From Octopus vulgaris (taxonomy: Eukaryota), in the NCBI GenBank assembly GCA_951406725.2, contig OX597817.1, positions 42,408,001-42,472,000 of the forward strand: 64,000 bases of DNA, read 5' to 3'. Positions 14,360 through 26,510 of this stretch are shown one piece after another; the first letter of the stretch is position 1; every line of letters begins with the position of its first letter. Under the pieces are notes generated by a model. That model was given only the letters and a program-made list of their open reading frames with translations, was not told the DNA's origin and searched no databases. The translations under genes were made by a program, and so were the position numbers.

Positions 14360-14590
14360 TAATATCTGCTTTTCCCATGACAGTATTGGTTGAATGAGCC
14401 AGCAAAATTAATTCTTTTCATCACCTTTGGCCATTTCCTTATTTAACTCTCAAAATAGGTCTCTTTCTAGATTCCCTTTCTTTTTCAAAGCATCTCTCTT
14501 CTATAGTCATGACAGAATGTTCTTTGATTTGAAGAAAACTAGAAGTTTTCTTACAATGTCAAATTTCCTATGCCATTTTCAGTACCTCCA
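14360..14590. repeat. Left arm of diverged inverted repeat (partner 16262-16490)
   Basis: Reverse complement shares blocks ctgaaaatgg, gacattgt-agaaaacttc, ttttcttcaaatcaaa, tctgtcatgact, caaaggtga, gaattaatttt and ctcattcaaccaat in order. Confidence 0.8.
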
Positions 14591-14684
14591 TTTTTGGTTC
14601 CACCATCTCTGAATGACTAAACGTAATTACTTCTCACTATGTATCAATGTAGAGTTCAGTACTATGTGATCATATTAGTTTTAT

Positions 14685-15033
14685 AGGCACAGGAGTAGCT
14701 GTGTGGTAAGTAGCTTGCTTACCAACCACATAGTTCCGGGTTCAGTTCCACTGCGTGGCACCTTGGGCAAGTGTCTTCTACTCTAGCCTTGGGCCAACGA
14801 AAGCCTTGTGTATATGTTTGTGTGTCTGTGATTGTCCCCCCAACATCTCTTGACAACCGATGCTGGTGTGTTTACGTCCCCGTAACTTAGCGGTTCGGCA
14901 AAAGACACCGATAGAATAAGTACTAGGCTTACAAAGAATAAGTCCTGGGGTCGATTTCTTCGACTAAAGGCGGTGCTCCAGCATGGCCGCAGTCAAATGA
15001 CTGAAACAAGTAAAAGAGTAAAAGAGTAAAGAG
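14685..15033 (+). mobile_element. tRNA-headed SINE, family A
   Basis: aggcacaggagtagctgtgtggtaag...gggttcagttcc head; ttgggcaagtgtcttctac core; tail ggtgctccagcatggccgcagtcaaatgactgaaac(aagagtaa)n. Confidence 0.85.
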
Positions 15034-16261
15034 TTACCAAGGCAACGAGCTGGCAAAATCTTTAGCACACCAGACAAAATCCTTAGCAGTATTTCTTTCA
15101 TCTTTATGTTTTGAGTTCAAATTTCACCAAATTCAACTTTCATCCTATCAGGTTCATCAAAATAAGTACCAAAGACTGGGGTTGATGTAATCCTAGAATT
15201 TCCCCAAAATTTCAGGCTTTGTATCTATTGTAAAAAAGGATTATTTCTTTCACTTATATTCTTACTTATATAGCCATAAACACTGACATCAGTATCATGA
15301 ACAAAAGCACTAACCATTACCACCACCACCACCACCACCACCAATATTATTCTACAACCACAAATACTATCCCCACAAGAACCATTACAACTGCTATCAT
15401 TGCTAATAATAAGAATATTACCATCATTATCACAGCCAATACATTTATCATTGTAGATTTGAAAGCTATTTAGCATCAGACACTGACTAATACTGATAAA
15501 GAGATATTTTCTGCTTCAATGCATCACCTACTAAATTCTGCAGCTATTACCTACACAAACACTGCAGAAAATTTTAATAAGTTATCTTGACAAGTTCCAT
15601 CTTCAGTGAAACCATGTAAAGAACATGGGCACTAGAATCCACTCTATTAGAACTGCTATGAGAGACCAGCATTCTGTTTACCAATATCTAAACTTCTCTC
15701 TGTAACATTGACTCATATTGACTCATCATGATAATGGATTCAACTTTCCAGACTTGCTAAGAGAAAGAAAATTTTAAAATGTCTGCTGCTAACAGCACTT
15801 TGATCTTTCAGGTGATAAACTTGATGAATCCTAGTGACAATTTCAATTGCTTAAATATCCAAATATTAGTCACTGTTCCACCATTAAGTTGTAGAAAAGA
15901 TAACAGTTAATTTTCAGCTAGTTACATTCTCAAGCATTTCCCCTCTAATTTCATACTTTGTAAAATATAGATTTCAGTATGAACATTCTGGTTGTGTATG
16001 TGTGTACGTAAGAATATATTTTAATGAATGTGTGTGCATGCATGTAACTATGAGAACAGTTTGTGACTAAGACTTTTGAAGATAGCTAGAAGAGTGAATT
16101 AGCAATGATGGTTATCACTGAAGTATAAGATCACTTGTAAAAGACAGATAGGCAGGCAAATATGTCAGTGTGTCACTTGCATGTCCATTTAGCCATAGAA
16201 AGATACATCATCTTTCTACAGATAGGTGGTGGTGATGGTGGTGGTGGTGGTGGTGGTGGTG

Positions 16262-16490
16262 GACCTGAAAATGGTGAAGGAATTTCGACATTGTTAGAAA
16301 ACTTCAAATTTTCTTCAAATCAAACACACTCTGTCATGACTGTAAAGGTGAGATGGTTTGGAAAAGAAAGAGAATGTAGAAAGCGAGAGATGACTGTCGA
16401 GAGCTAAGTGAAGAAATGGTCAAAGGTGAGGAAAGGAATTAATTTTCCTGACTCATTCAACCAATTCTGTTATGAGAAAGCAAATATTAA
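16262..16490. repeat. Right arm of diverged inverted repeat (partner 14360-14590)
   Basis: See partner arm; interrupted on its right by a SINE and then a mariner. Confidence 0.8.
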
Positions 16491-16914
16491 TTTCAAATTT
16501 TGTCACAGGGCCAGAAATTTTAGGGGAGGGGCTAAGTCAATTACATTGACCTCAGTGTTCAACTGGTACTTATTTTATCAATCCCTAAAGGACGAAATGT
16601 AAAGTCAAACTCAACAGACCTTGAATTCAGAATGTAACAACAGACAAAATGCCATTTTGCCATTAGTGCTAACAATTCTGCCAGCTTGCCGCCTAAATAA
16701 TGGTTTCAAATTTTGGTACAAGGCCATCAATTTCAGAAGTAGCGGGTAAGTCAATTACATTGACTCCAGCAGTCAACTGGTACTTATTTTATCAACCCCT
16801 AAAGGACGAAATGCAAAGTCAAACTTGGCAGACTTGGAACTCAGGGTATAATGATGGATGAGATGCTGTGAAGCATTTTTCCCAGTGTGCAAATGATTCT
16901 GTCAGTTATCACCT
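16491..16914 (-). mobile_element. SINE family C dimer with degenerate ~20 bp TSD
   Basis: Two units containing caactggtacttattttatcaa; flanks tatgagaaagcaaatattaa (16471-16490) and aatgaaaaagcaaatatcaa (16915-16934). Confidence 0.7.
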
Positions 16915-16949
16915 AATGAAAAAGCAAATATCAAATAATAGTATTATTA

Positions 16950-18228
16950 TTAGGTCGTCAAATATGAAATTTGTAGAAAAGAAAAAAGTTTGCGGTTTTA
17001 TAAATACAAGGAATAGTTTTATCCATCAAAGTATGCACTCATATTGTCAATATACTTTTGCCATTTCGGCGGTAGCTTGTCCAGCCCGGAACTGTAAAAG
17101 CCTGGCAATATAGAGTCAATAAAATCTTGGAAGGCCTGTTTTACAGTATTGTTAGAAGTAAATTTTTTTCCTATCAAAAAGTTATCCAAGTTCTGGAAGA
17201 AGTGGTAGTCAGTGGGGAAAAGATCACGTGAGTATGGTGGATGATGGAGAACTTCCAACTCCAACTCCTGTAGTTTTGCCAATGTCATTTTTGCGATGTG
17301 TGGTCTGGCATTGTCTTGCAATAAAATAGGAGTGGATCTGTTGACTAATCTAGACTGTTTTTTATGTAAGTTTCTGTATCATTTGGTCCAGTTGACTGCA
17401 GTATACTTCAGCCATGATTGATGAGCCAAGTTTAATGAAATCATAATGGATCACACCTGCGCCAGACCGCTAAATACATACTATCAGCTTCTTTTGATGA
17501 ATTTTGCTTTTTGGACTGTTTCGGTGGCTCATCTTTGTCCAACTATTGTGCTGAATATTTATGGTTGTTGTATTGGATCCATTTCCTGCCACATGTTACA
17601 ATTCAATTAAAAAATGATTCATTTTTGTGACAAGAAAGTAGCATAATGCAGGCTTCCAAATGTTGCTGTTTCTGATTCTCATTGGGTTCATGTGGAACCC
17701 ACTTATCCAACTTTTTCACTTTACCAATTTGAACTCAGTGAGTCAATATTGTTTGCTTGCTAACACCAAACAGCAACGATAATTCACAGTCACTTTGAGA
17801 TGGATCTGACTCGACAGTGACATTCAGTTCGTCATTATCCACCTTTGTTTCTGGTCAACCACATTGCTCATTTGTGAGGTCACAGTTACCGGTACGAAAT
17901 TTTGCAAACCAATTTGATACTGTCTGCTGTATAATAACATTAGAATGAAATACTGCATTAATATTCCGAGCTGTCTGTGATGCTGTATTTCCAAGAAAGA
18001 ACTCATATTTCAAAACTGTATCAATTTCCGACATCCATCTCCAAACAAAAATAGCAAATAACGATTTATAAAAACTTTATAAAGCGCAAAATGAGTTAGA
18101 ATAAAGAAATAGATATGTTAGCTTTCTAACAAAAAATAAAGATTGTCAAAATATAATAATGGCACAAAATGAGCAGCAGTCAAAATTTACCGTATACCTT
18201 ACTACAAATTTCATACTTGACGACCTAA
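16950..18228 (-). mobile_element. Full-length mariner DNA transposon, decayed
   Basis: 27 bp TIRs ttaggtcgtcaa(a/g)tatgaaatttgtag with 1 mismatch; TA on both sides; 1279 bp long. Confidence 0.95.
17019..18038 (-). pseudogene. Mariner (D,D34D-type) transposase pseudogene
   Basis: N-terminal YEF..GNTASQTARNINAVF, WVPHE near 17690, QDNARPH and HPPYSRDLFPTDYHFF (YSPDL motif); broken by stops and frameshifts. Confidence 0.93.
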
Positions 18229-18792
18229 TAATATGATCACATAGTATGACCACATGTCATTTGAATATATACATGTGTGTGTGTGTGTGCATGCGTGTGT
18301 GTGTGTGTGCATGCATGCAAGTGTTTGTGTGCATGTATGCGAGTGTGTGTGTGTCGTTATCATTATCATCATCATCATCATCATTTAAAATTTGGTGGTC
18401 CATGTTTGCATGGGTTAAACAGAGTTTGTTGAGGCAGATTGTTTTACAGCTAGATGCCCTTCCTGTTACCAACCCTCACCTGTTTCCAACATGACCAGAT
18501 ACGCTTTTCATGAAAGAGATTGGAAGTGAACACTGCTTGTATGAGAGAGATGCTCATTTACAATCATAACATGATGTCAAGACAAGGGTATATACAAGCA
18601 CACACACACACACTCACACACACACACATTTCTACATACATATACATATTTATATATATAGTAATCAAAGTGTACACCAACTCCATTGACAAAAATACAA
18701 GTGCATATTTTTTCTGATTTATAGATTCTTAGATGGCATGTGTTACTTGTGTGTGTGTGTGTGAGCATGTATGCCTGCATGTATGTATGTAT

Positions 18793-18865
<73 letters not shown>

Positions 18866-18917
18866 ATATTTCGGAATAGTCATATTGCCAGTTTAGCCAA
18901 GAGTTCAATATTTAAAC

Positions 18918-18974
<57 letters not shown>

Positions 18975-20104
18975 CATACACACATATACATACATATATA
19001 TATATATATATACTCACATACACACACATAACATCCCCACCAACACAAAAAACACACAAACATACACGCATGCACATACAGACGCACACATACACAGCAC
19101 CAAGACAATCATAACAACACAAACATACTAAGACAGAGATACACACACACACTCATGTACACACACACTCACCTACACACACATAACATCCCCACTAACA
19201 CAAAAAAACACACAAGCATACACACACACCCACAGACGCACACATACACACACACTTGTGCACACACAACATCCTAATAAATATTAATCACACACATACA
19301 CACACACACACACGCAAACGTGCACACATATACACAGACCATCCTACCAAATATTAAACACACACAGACACATTTACATACACCACAATAAACTCTGGGA
19401 CCAATCAAAAACGGCCATCACACACAAACACAAACACATGTATATACACACACACAGACACACACACTCACACCATTCTGACCTCTAAGACCAGTCCCAA
19501 AAACTACTGAATCATGAAAGATTAGCCATGAAAGAGCAACCTTGAAAGAGAAACAAAAAATTCCTTTCAATTCCACATTGCTCTTCCTTCCCCCCACCCA
19601 AACCAACCTCCCACACTGTCCCTTAAAATAGTATACAGCCTTTTAGTTTCACAGAATACGGTAAAATGGTGAAACAGGTTAGTTCATCTTAAATTCTTTG
19701 TAAACTCCTAAACATATCTCCTCCTGTGTATATGTATACCACCAAAATATAACCTTTTTGAACTTATAATTTTCTGTGTATTTATATAGATATTTCCAAA
19801 CAAACAGGATTTTTAATGAAATCCTAATATTTTTAACAAACTTTTTTATATTTTCTCAAGATTTTTCCTAGTAAACTGTTTTTAACAATTTCTTATTATT
19901 ATCAAAGAATGTATATATGTATTTTAATACTTTTGTGTCAATCAGTACTTAACACAACAATGCTTATACAAAGCTTTACATTTTAATTTTGACAATCTTT
20001 TTCTAAAAAAGTGAAACCAGTCAAGTGAATAAACATCTTTTAAAATTGCATTTTCAAACCTTCTTTCATATATATTTCCACTCGTGCTTTACCTTGCAAC
20101 TTCA

Positions 20105-20148
<44 letters not shown>

Positions 20149-20196
20149 TACATACGTACATATATATATACATATATATATATCATAAAGATATAT

Positions 20197-20365
20197 CTCA
20201 GTGAACATATTGATAGATGTTCAGCGTTCAGAACAACTGCAATCAAAATTCCTAATCTTCCCATTATATCAATTCACTATTTGGACCCCAATGCAAGTAC
20301 GACTAAATAAAGAAGCCTCATTTATCAAAAAATTTAAGCCAGAATTTAACATAAGCCCATATTGA
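20197..20365 (+). pseudogene. C-terminal fragment of a Penelope-like GIY-YIG endonuclease
   Basis: Manual translation LSEHIDRC, a frameshift, then EQLQSKFLIFPLYQF...RLNKEASFIKKFKPEFN; resembles the H...R..KE..FI....P.LN end of PLE endonucleases. Confidence 0.6.
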
Positions 20366-22535
20366 AAATTAAAGATTTACCCCATCTATTGTAAGATATA
20401 AGCCAGAATCAAATGTAGAGCAATATTAAAAATAACAGATCTACCTCCCCTTTACCAAAAAATACCTTGATTACCAATTATTCCCCCTAGCAAAAATGTC
20501 TAATTCAGAATAGCATCCAAAACTCAAAATTTAAAAACTTGTTATTAATTTGGAATAAAAAAAGTCTTATTTTGTACAATATTGTATAATACTATAGTTA
20601 TAATTCTAATATATTCTTTAGTCTTGTAAAACAAATTTTCTGTATTTTTCATTGTATTTCTTTCTATATATATTCAACCACATTTAATCACCCACCATAC
20701 TTTCTACCTTATATATATATATATATGTATATTCAAATTCATGGATCTGTACACAGAAATTTATGCATAAGCATGATATTATATCTAAAGGTGAAGGCAA
20801 GCGTAATATATACATGCAAACATGTAATATATACAAGCGTAATATATACATGTCAGCTTGTCAAAGGGCTAGTCCAAGGCTAGTCTAAACCTTCTCATAG
20901 ATTATATAGCACAACACATAACACACAGTTCCCTTTTCACTGGACCAATAGATAAAAGCTTCTTCAGTAATGAAACTGTTCTCCCTGTTACATAAATGAT
21001 GAGAAAAATTAATAAATCCAAAAATCAATGCATAGGGACAACCAAAGAAAGCTGTAGAGCTAAAATGGAAATTATTTCTTTTGATATTTTGATGGGAGAT
21101 AGTTAATATAAGGCAGAGGTTCTTAAGCTGTTTGATTTTGTAGTATACTTTTTGATTTTTTGAAGATCAAATGAAAAATTACTAGTACACTTCATATGGA
21201 AAGTTTTTTTAAAACATTATTTTAGGTTAAAGTTTGTGGGGGAAAAAAAAGAAAAGTATGGTCTATTTTCTGTTATTTATCATATTTTTGAATAACAAAA
21301 TAATGAATAACATATTTTTCAGCAAGGTTCAAACATCAGTATGGATTTTCTGAAGCTTTGACTTACATTTTTCAAACTCTGCAGTACTTCAATGCACTCT
21401 GCTGCACCATTCAAGAACCAAGTATATAAAGGTTTTAAGAATGTAAAGATAGCATGTGTATTTCATTTTTGCATTTGGTTTGCAAGATTCTTGATGTGAA
21501 CTCATGAGTTGAAACATATTTTGTTGTATTTTGGGTGGGTCATTTTTCCAATACTAGACACACGCTCTGATTCTATTTCACTTTGTTTTTTATTGAGATG
21601 ACAAAGGATTGAGATATATGGTGGTGCATTGCTGTAGTAAAGATGACCAACCCACCACAACAGGACAGAACAGAAGTGATATCCTAAAACCACTTTGAAA
21701 ATGTTTACCCATGAAGGACACTGGTGCTGGTACCACATAAAAAGCAATGATGCTGGTGCCCCATAAAAGGTACTGCCGCTGGTGCCATGTAAAAAGCACC
21801 CAGTACACTCTGTAAAGTGGTTGGCATTAGGAAGGGCATCCAAACCAAAGCAGACTGGTATCTGATGTGGCTTCTGGCCTTGCCAGCTCCTGTCAAATCA
21901 TCTGACCCATGCCAACACGGTAAACGGATGTTAAATGATGATGATGATGATGATGACGATGATGATGAGGAGGAGGTGGTGGTGGAGGAGGAGGTGGTGG
22001 TGGATGAGGAGGAGGAGGAGGAGAGAGTGTGGGTGATGATGATGACGATGATTTCAACCATTTAAGAAATTAATTAAGCAGCCCTGGTATAGAGAGGGCT
22101 TGTTATTGATGAGGTTGTGAATGCCGATGGAAATGACTTTGACAAATCTAACTGATTGATTGATTGACTGAACGATTAATTTAATAAATTGTTGTTTATT
22201 ATTGGCATTATGATTCTCCAAGATTTGCCAAAATAGACTGTATCTAGTCTAATAAAACACATAGAGAAGAAAGATGTATAAGAATATGGAGAAGATTTTA
22301 ACTCCATTTGACAGCATATCTTCAACTAAACAGCCAAACCAATAAAGTATTTTGAGAAAGGTATTGAATGATGTGAAATAAATATATTAAAAGATCAAAT
22401 TTCTGATTACTTGAAGTAGTGATTATTTGAAATTTGAAGTAACTCCACTCTCATAGAATTTCATATTGTGTTTCTGGAAAGAGACCATTTATCGTAATGA
22501 AATTTTGTTTTATATATATATATATAGTGGGTGAA

Positions 22536-22586
<51 letters not shown>

Positions 22587-22661
22587 ATATATATATATGT
22601 ATATATTCATTTTGCAAGATTCTTGATGTGAATTTGTGTGTTGAAACAGATGTTGTTGTAT

Positions 22662-23553
22662 CAGCTATCGCAAACAATGCCAAATTCAATATATTGATGG
22701 CAGACCCCATCAGAGTAATGAGAAATGTATCCTGCATGTGCGACCCTACGGAGTTAAAGAGACACATACAACACTTCGTTCACCACATGCAGTTCTCAAG
22801 ATACAGCCATAAAGAAAGGATCAGAGTGTGAAAGGAGCCATGAGGAAATGTGAAACTGTCATACGTAACGATAAGAATGGGATTTGCCCACTCTATAGGA
22901 GCAAGTCATGGAATACCATTGAAAGGACTAAGAAGAAAATAGGGAAAGCCAACTCATGGTATGATAGCCACAAATACCAGAGTGTCATGTTCATTGACAC
23001 CACCCCTTCAGGTGAACTGGTGTACCGCTTTAGAAGGGCCCAAGACAAGCTTAAGCTAAGAATTCAGGTAGTAGAAAGGCCAGGTAACCATGTCAAATCC
23101 CTAATCAGTATAACCTACCCTTTTAATAGAACACCCTGTACTGATAGGAACCAAGTATATAAAGGTTTTGTATTGTATGTAGATTTAGCCCACAAACTGT
23201 AAAGCTAGGAATGTAGTCTATAGAATAAGATGTGCAGAGGGATGGTGCAGTAACAAGACAAGATGTACATAGGGGAGACAGCTCGGAGCATAGGAGAGTG
23301 GGTAAATGAGCATTGGAGGGAACTTAAGGAAGAGAAGAGCTCATCAGTTCTATACCAGCATGCCAAACAGCAACACAGGGACTCACTCAACAGCATAAAC
23401 ATTACAATCTTTCCTACATATAGAATGAATGCAAGGCTTCTACAAATTACAAAAGATACACACATAATAGAAGACAAACCTAACCTAAATAGAAAACTAA
23501 AATGGAACACTAGCACACACCTCCCCCACATACCACAACCTATCACAGAATAA
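22662..23553 (+). pseudogene. Penelope-like RT thumb/linker plus GIY-YIG endonuclease, disrupted
   Basis: IRVMRNVS...MQFSRYSHKER, then SVMFIDTTPSGEL...IQVVERPG, then YIGETARSIGEWVNEH...SVLYQH...KPNLNRK, split by stops and frameshifts. Confidence 0.85.
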
Positions 23554-23917
23554 GATCCCCATAAACTAATAATAATATGAAACTAATACAATAGACAGAT
23601 AAATAAGTGGAATTAAATAATTATATACATAAACAAAATACAATAAAATAGTTTAAATTAAATTAATACAAATAAAAAGAAAGAAAGGGAAGAGTAAGTA
23701 GATAAAAACAGATGAATAAAATAGTTTAAATTAAATTAAAAGAACGTGAATAAACAGGGAATACTGATAATGTAGGTACCATGCATATTTCCACACACAC
23801 ACACTAAACATAGACACACACAGGGATATACTTATGCACAAATAAAGACACATATAACAGGAATACAAAATGGCAGATCATTAGGAAGTAGGGAAGTGAA
23901 AAAGAAAGAAAGCAAAA

Positions 23918-23961
23918 GTCCACTACTGAGATCACAGAAGTGTGACGAAAGAACTCTGGGC
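23918..23961 (+). ncRNA. Minimal type I hammerhead-ribozyme fold (core mutated) in the PLE 3' region
   Basis: gtcca-ctactga-g-atcaca gaag tgtgac-GAAA-gaa-CTC-tgggc: stem I, stem II, GAAA and NUH present; the CUGANGA box is altered. Confidence 0.6.
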
Positions 23962-24060
23962 AAAATACAATTAATATGAAATAAAGCTGAAGCAAATGAA
24001 CACCAAATATATAGTGCATGTGTTTTATTGGGTAAACTGGCAACATGACCATCCCCAAAT

Positions 24061-24091
<31 letters not shown>

Positions 24092-24225
24092 AAGTTAATC
24101 CAAACATGAAAACACAAAGACAAAAAACACAACAACGCAAGGACGTGGAACAAATATAGTATTATTGGACGCTCAGGAAGGAAGGAAAGAAGGAGGGTTT
24201 AACGTTATATATATATTTATATGCA

Positions 24226-24332
<107 letters not shown>

Positions 24333-24474
24333 TTATATGTACATATACACATATGCATACTCAGCCATATGGTCCTGGCCTCAGTGCCACTACATGGCAC
24401 CTTCTCAAGTGCTACTGCTATAGTAGTGGATCCAGTAGACAGAAACTGAAAGTAGTTTGTATATATATATATAT

Positions 24475-25557
24475 GAGTACAGTGAAGAATTCTGGGTAGA
24501 GGTTGGGGTCCACCAAGGTTCAGTCCTCAGCCCCCTCCTATTTATCATAGTCCTCCAGGCAATAACGGAAGAATTTAAGACAGGATGCCCCTGGGAGCTC
24601 CTCTATGCTGATGACCTTGCTCTAATTGCTGAGTCACTATCAGAACTGGAGGAGAAGTTTCAGGTGTGGAAACAAGGATTAGAATCGAAGGGCCTTAGAA
24701 TCAACCTAGCCAAAACCAAAGTCCTAATAAGTAGGAAGGTGGACCAACCACAAACGACTTCAGGTAGATGGCCCTGCTCGATCTGTAAAAAAGGTGTAGG
24801 TAGAAACTCTATAAGGTGCACCAAGTGTAAGCTATGGACACATAAGAGGTGCAGCAATGTCGAAGGTAGGCTAACTGGGAAGATAGTTTTCGTATGTGGC
24901 AGATGCTCAGGAGAAATAAACACTGGAAATGTGCAGAGACCAACTGCTACCACGTTCCAGGGAGACAAACTAGAAGTAGTTGATAGCTTCCACTACCTAG
25001 GAGACCAAGTCAGTAGCAGGGGTGGGTGTGCTGAAAGTGTAACTGCTAGAGTAAGAATTGCCTGGGCAAAGTTTAGAGAGCTCTTACCCCTGCTGGTGAC
25101 AAAAGGCCTCTCGCTCAGAGTAAAAGGCAGACTTTATGATGCATGTGTATGTACAGCCATGCTACATGGTAGTGAAACATGGGCCGTGACTGCTGAGGAT
25201 ATGCGTAAGCTCGCAAGAAATGAAGCCAGTATGCTCCGATGGATGTGTAATGTCAGTGTTCATAATCGTCAGAGTGTAAGTACCTTGAGAGAAAAGTTGA
25301 ACCTAAGAAGCATCAGTTGTGGTGTGCAAGAGAGACGGCTGCACTGGTATGGTCATATGACGAGAATGGCTGAAGATAGTTGTGTGCAAAAGTGCTACAC
25401 CCTAGCAGTTGAGGGAACCTGTGGAAGAGGTAGACCCAGGAAAACCTGGGACGAAGTGGTGAAGCACGACCTACGAACTTTAGCTCTCACCAAGGAAATG
25501 ACTAGAGACCAAGACCTATGGAAGTATGCTGTGCGTGAGAAGACCCGGCAAAACTAG
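24475..25557 (+). CDS. RTE reverse transcriptase, C-terminal ~360 aa (5' truncated; the ORF-track start lies in the microsatellite)
   Basis: GVHQGSVLSPLLF, YADDL, INLAKTKVL, FHYLG, LHGSETW, RRLHWYGH and RGRPRKTW motifs with no internal stops. Confidence 0.92.
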   Translation, partial: EYSEEFWVEVGVHQGSVLSPLLFIIVLQAITEEFKTGCPWELLYADDLALIAESLSELEEKFQVWKQGLESKGLRINLAKTKVLISRKVDQPQTTSGRWPCSICKKGVGRNSIRCTKCKLWTHKRCSNVEGRLTGKIVFVCGRCSGEINTGNVQRPTATTFQGDKLEVVDSFHYLGDQVSSRGGCAESVTARVRIAWAKFRELLPLLVTKGLSLRVKGRLYDACVCTAMLHGSETWAVTAEDMRKLARNEASMLRWMCNVSVHNRQSVSTLREKLNLRSISCGVQERRLHWYGHMTRMAEDSCVQKCYTLAVEGTCGRGRPRKTWDEVVKHDLRTLALTKEMTRDQDLWKYAVREKTRQN

Positions 25558-25711
25558 TCAGGCCATAACCCGTGGCCCCTACCTGGGACGTAGTCAGTCC
25601 ACCTGTGCATACCTTCCTTCTTGTGACACTTGTGAAGACCTGTTGAGGCAAGTGAAAATCAAACAAAATCAAAATAGATGAACATCAATGGAATTTGTAT
25701 CTTTGTGGTAC

Positions 25712-26115
25712 CAGTGCCGGTGGCACACAAGAAAACCATCCGAACGTGGCCGTAGCCAGTACCGCACCGACTGGCCTCCATGCTGTGGGCACGTAACAAT
25801 CACCATCCAATCGTGGCCGATTGCCAGCCTAATCTGGCTCCTGTGTCGGTGGCACATAAAAAAAAAAACACCATCCGAGCGTGGTCGTCTGCTAGCCTTG
25901 TCTGGCACCTGTGTCGGTGGCACATAAAAACACCATCCGAGCGTGGCCGTTCGCCAGCCTCGTCTGGCACCTGTGTCGGTGGCACATAAAAACACCATCC
26001 GAGCGTGGTCGTCTGCCAGCCTTGTCTGGCACCTGTGTCGGTGGCACATAAAAACACCATCCGAGCGTGGCCGTTCACCAGCTTCGTCTGGCACCTGTGT
26101 CGGTGGCACATAAAA
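25712..26115 (+). repeat. ~60 bp tandem array in the RTE 3' UTR (about 6 units)
   Basis: Unit ggcacataaaaacaccatccgagcgtggtcgtctgccagccttgtctggcacctgtgtcggt. Confidence 0.9.
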
Positions 26116-26284
26116 TCACCCACTACACTCTCGGAGTGGTTGGCGTTAGGAAGGGCATCCAGCTGTAGAAACACTGCCAGATCTGACTGGCCTGGTGCAG
26201 CCTTCGGGCTCCCCAGACCCCAGTTGAACCGTCCAACCCATGCTAGCATGGAAAGCGGACATTAAATGATGATGATGATGATGA

Positions 26285-26400
<116 letters not shown>

Positions 26401-26478
26401 GCCTATATATATAAAGGGAAAGTTTAAATGTGTGTAGTAGCTAACAATCTATCATGGCGTATATATATACATATGCAC

Positions 26479-26510
<32 letters not shown>

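Larger units (their letters stand above)
22608..24070 (+). mobile_element. 5'-truncated Penelope-like retroelement with inverted terminal piece
   Basis: Decayed RT C-terminus, linker and GIY-YIG ORF; 3' region holds a hammerhead fold; 22608-22660 is an inverted copy of the family terminus; flanked by (TA)/(TG) tracts. Confidence 0.8.

Noticed and set aside
25669-26265. Repetitive 146-149 aa antisense ORFs
   Set aside because: Translations of the 60 bp UTR array of the RTE element.
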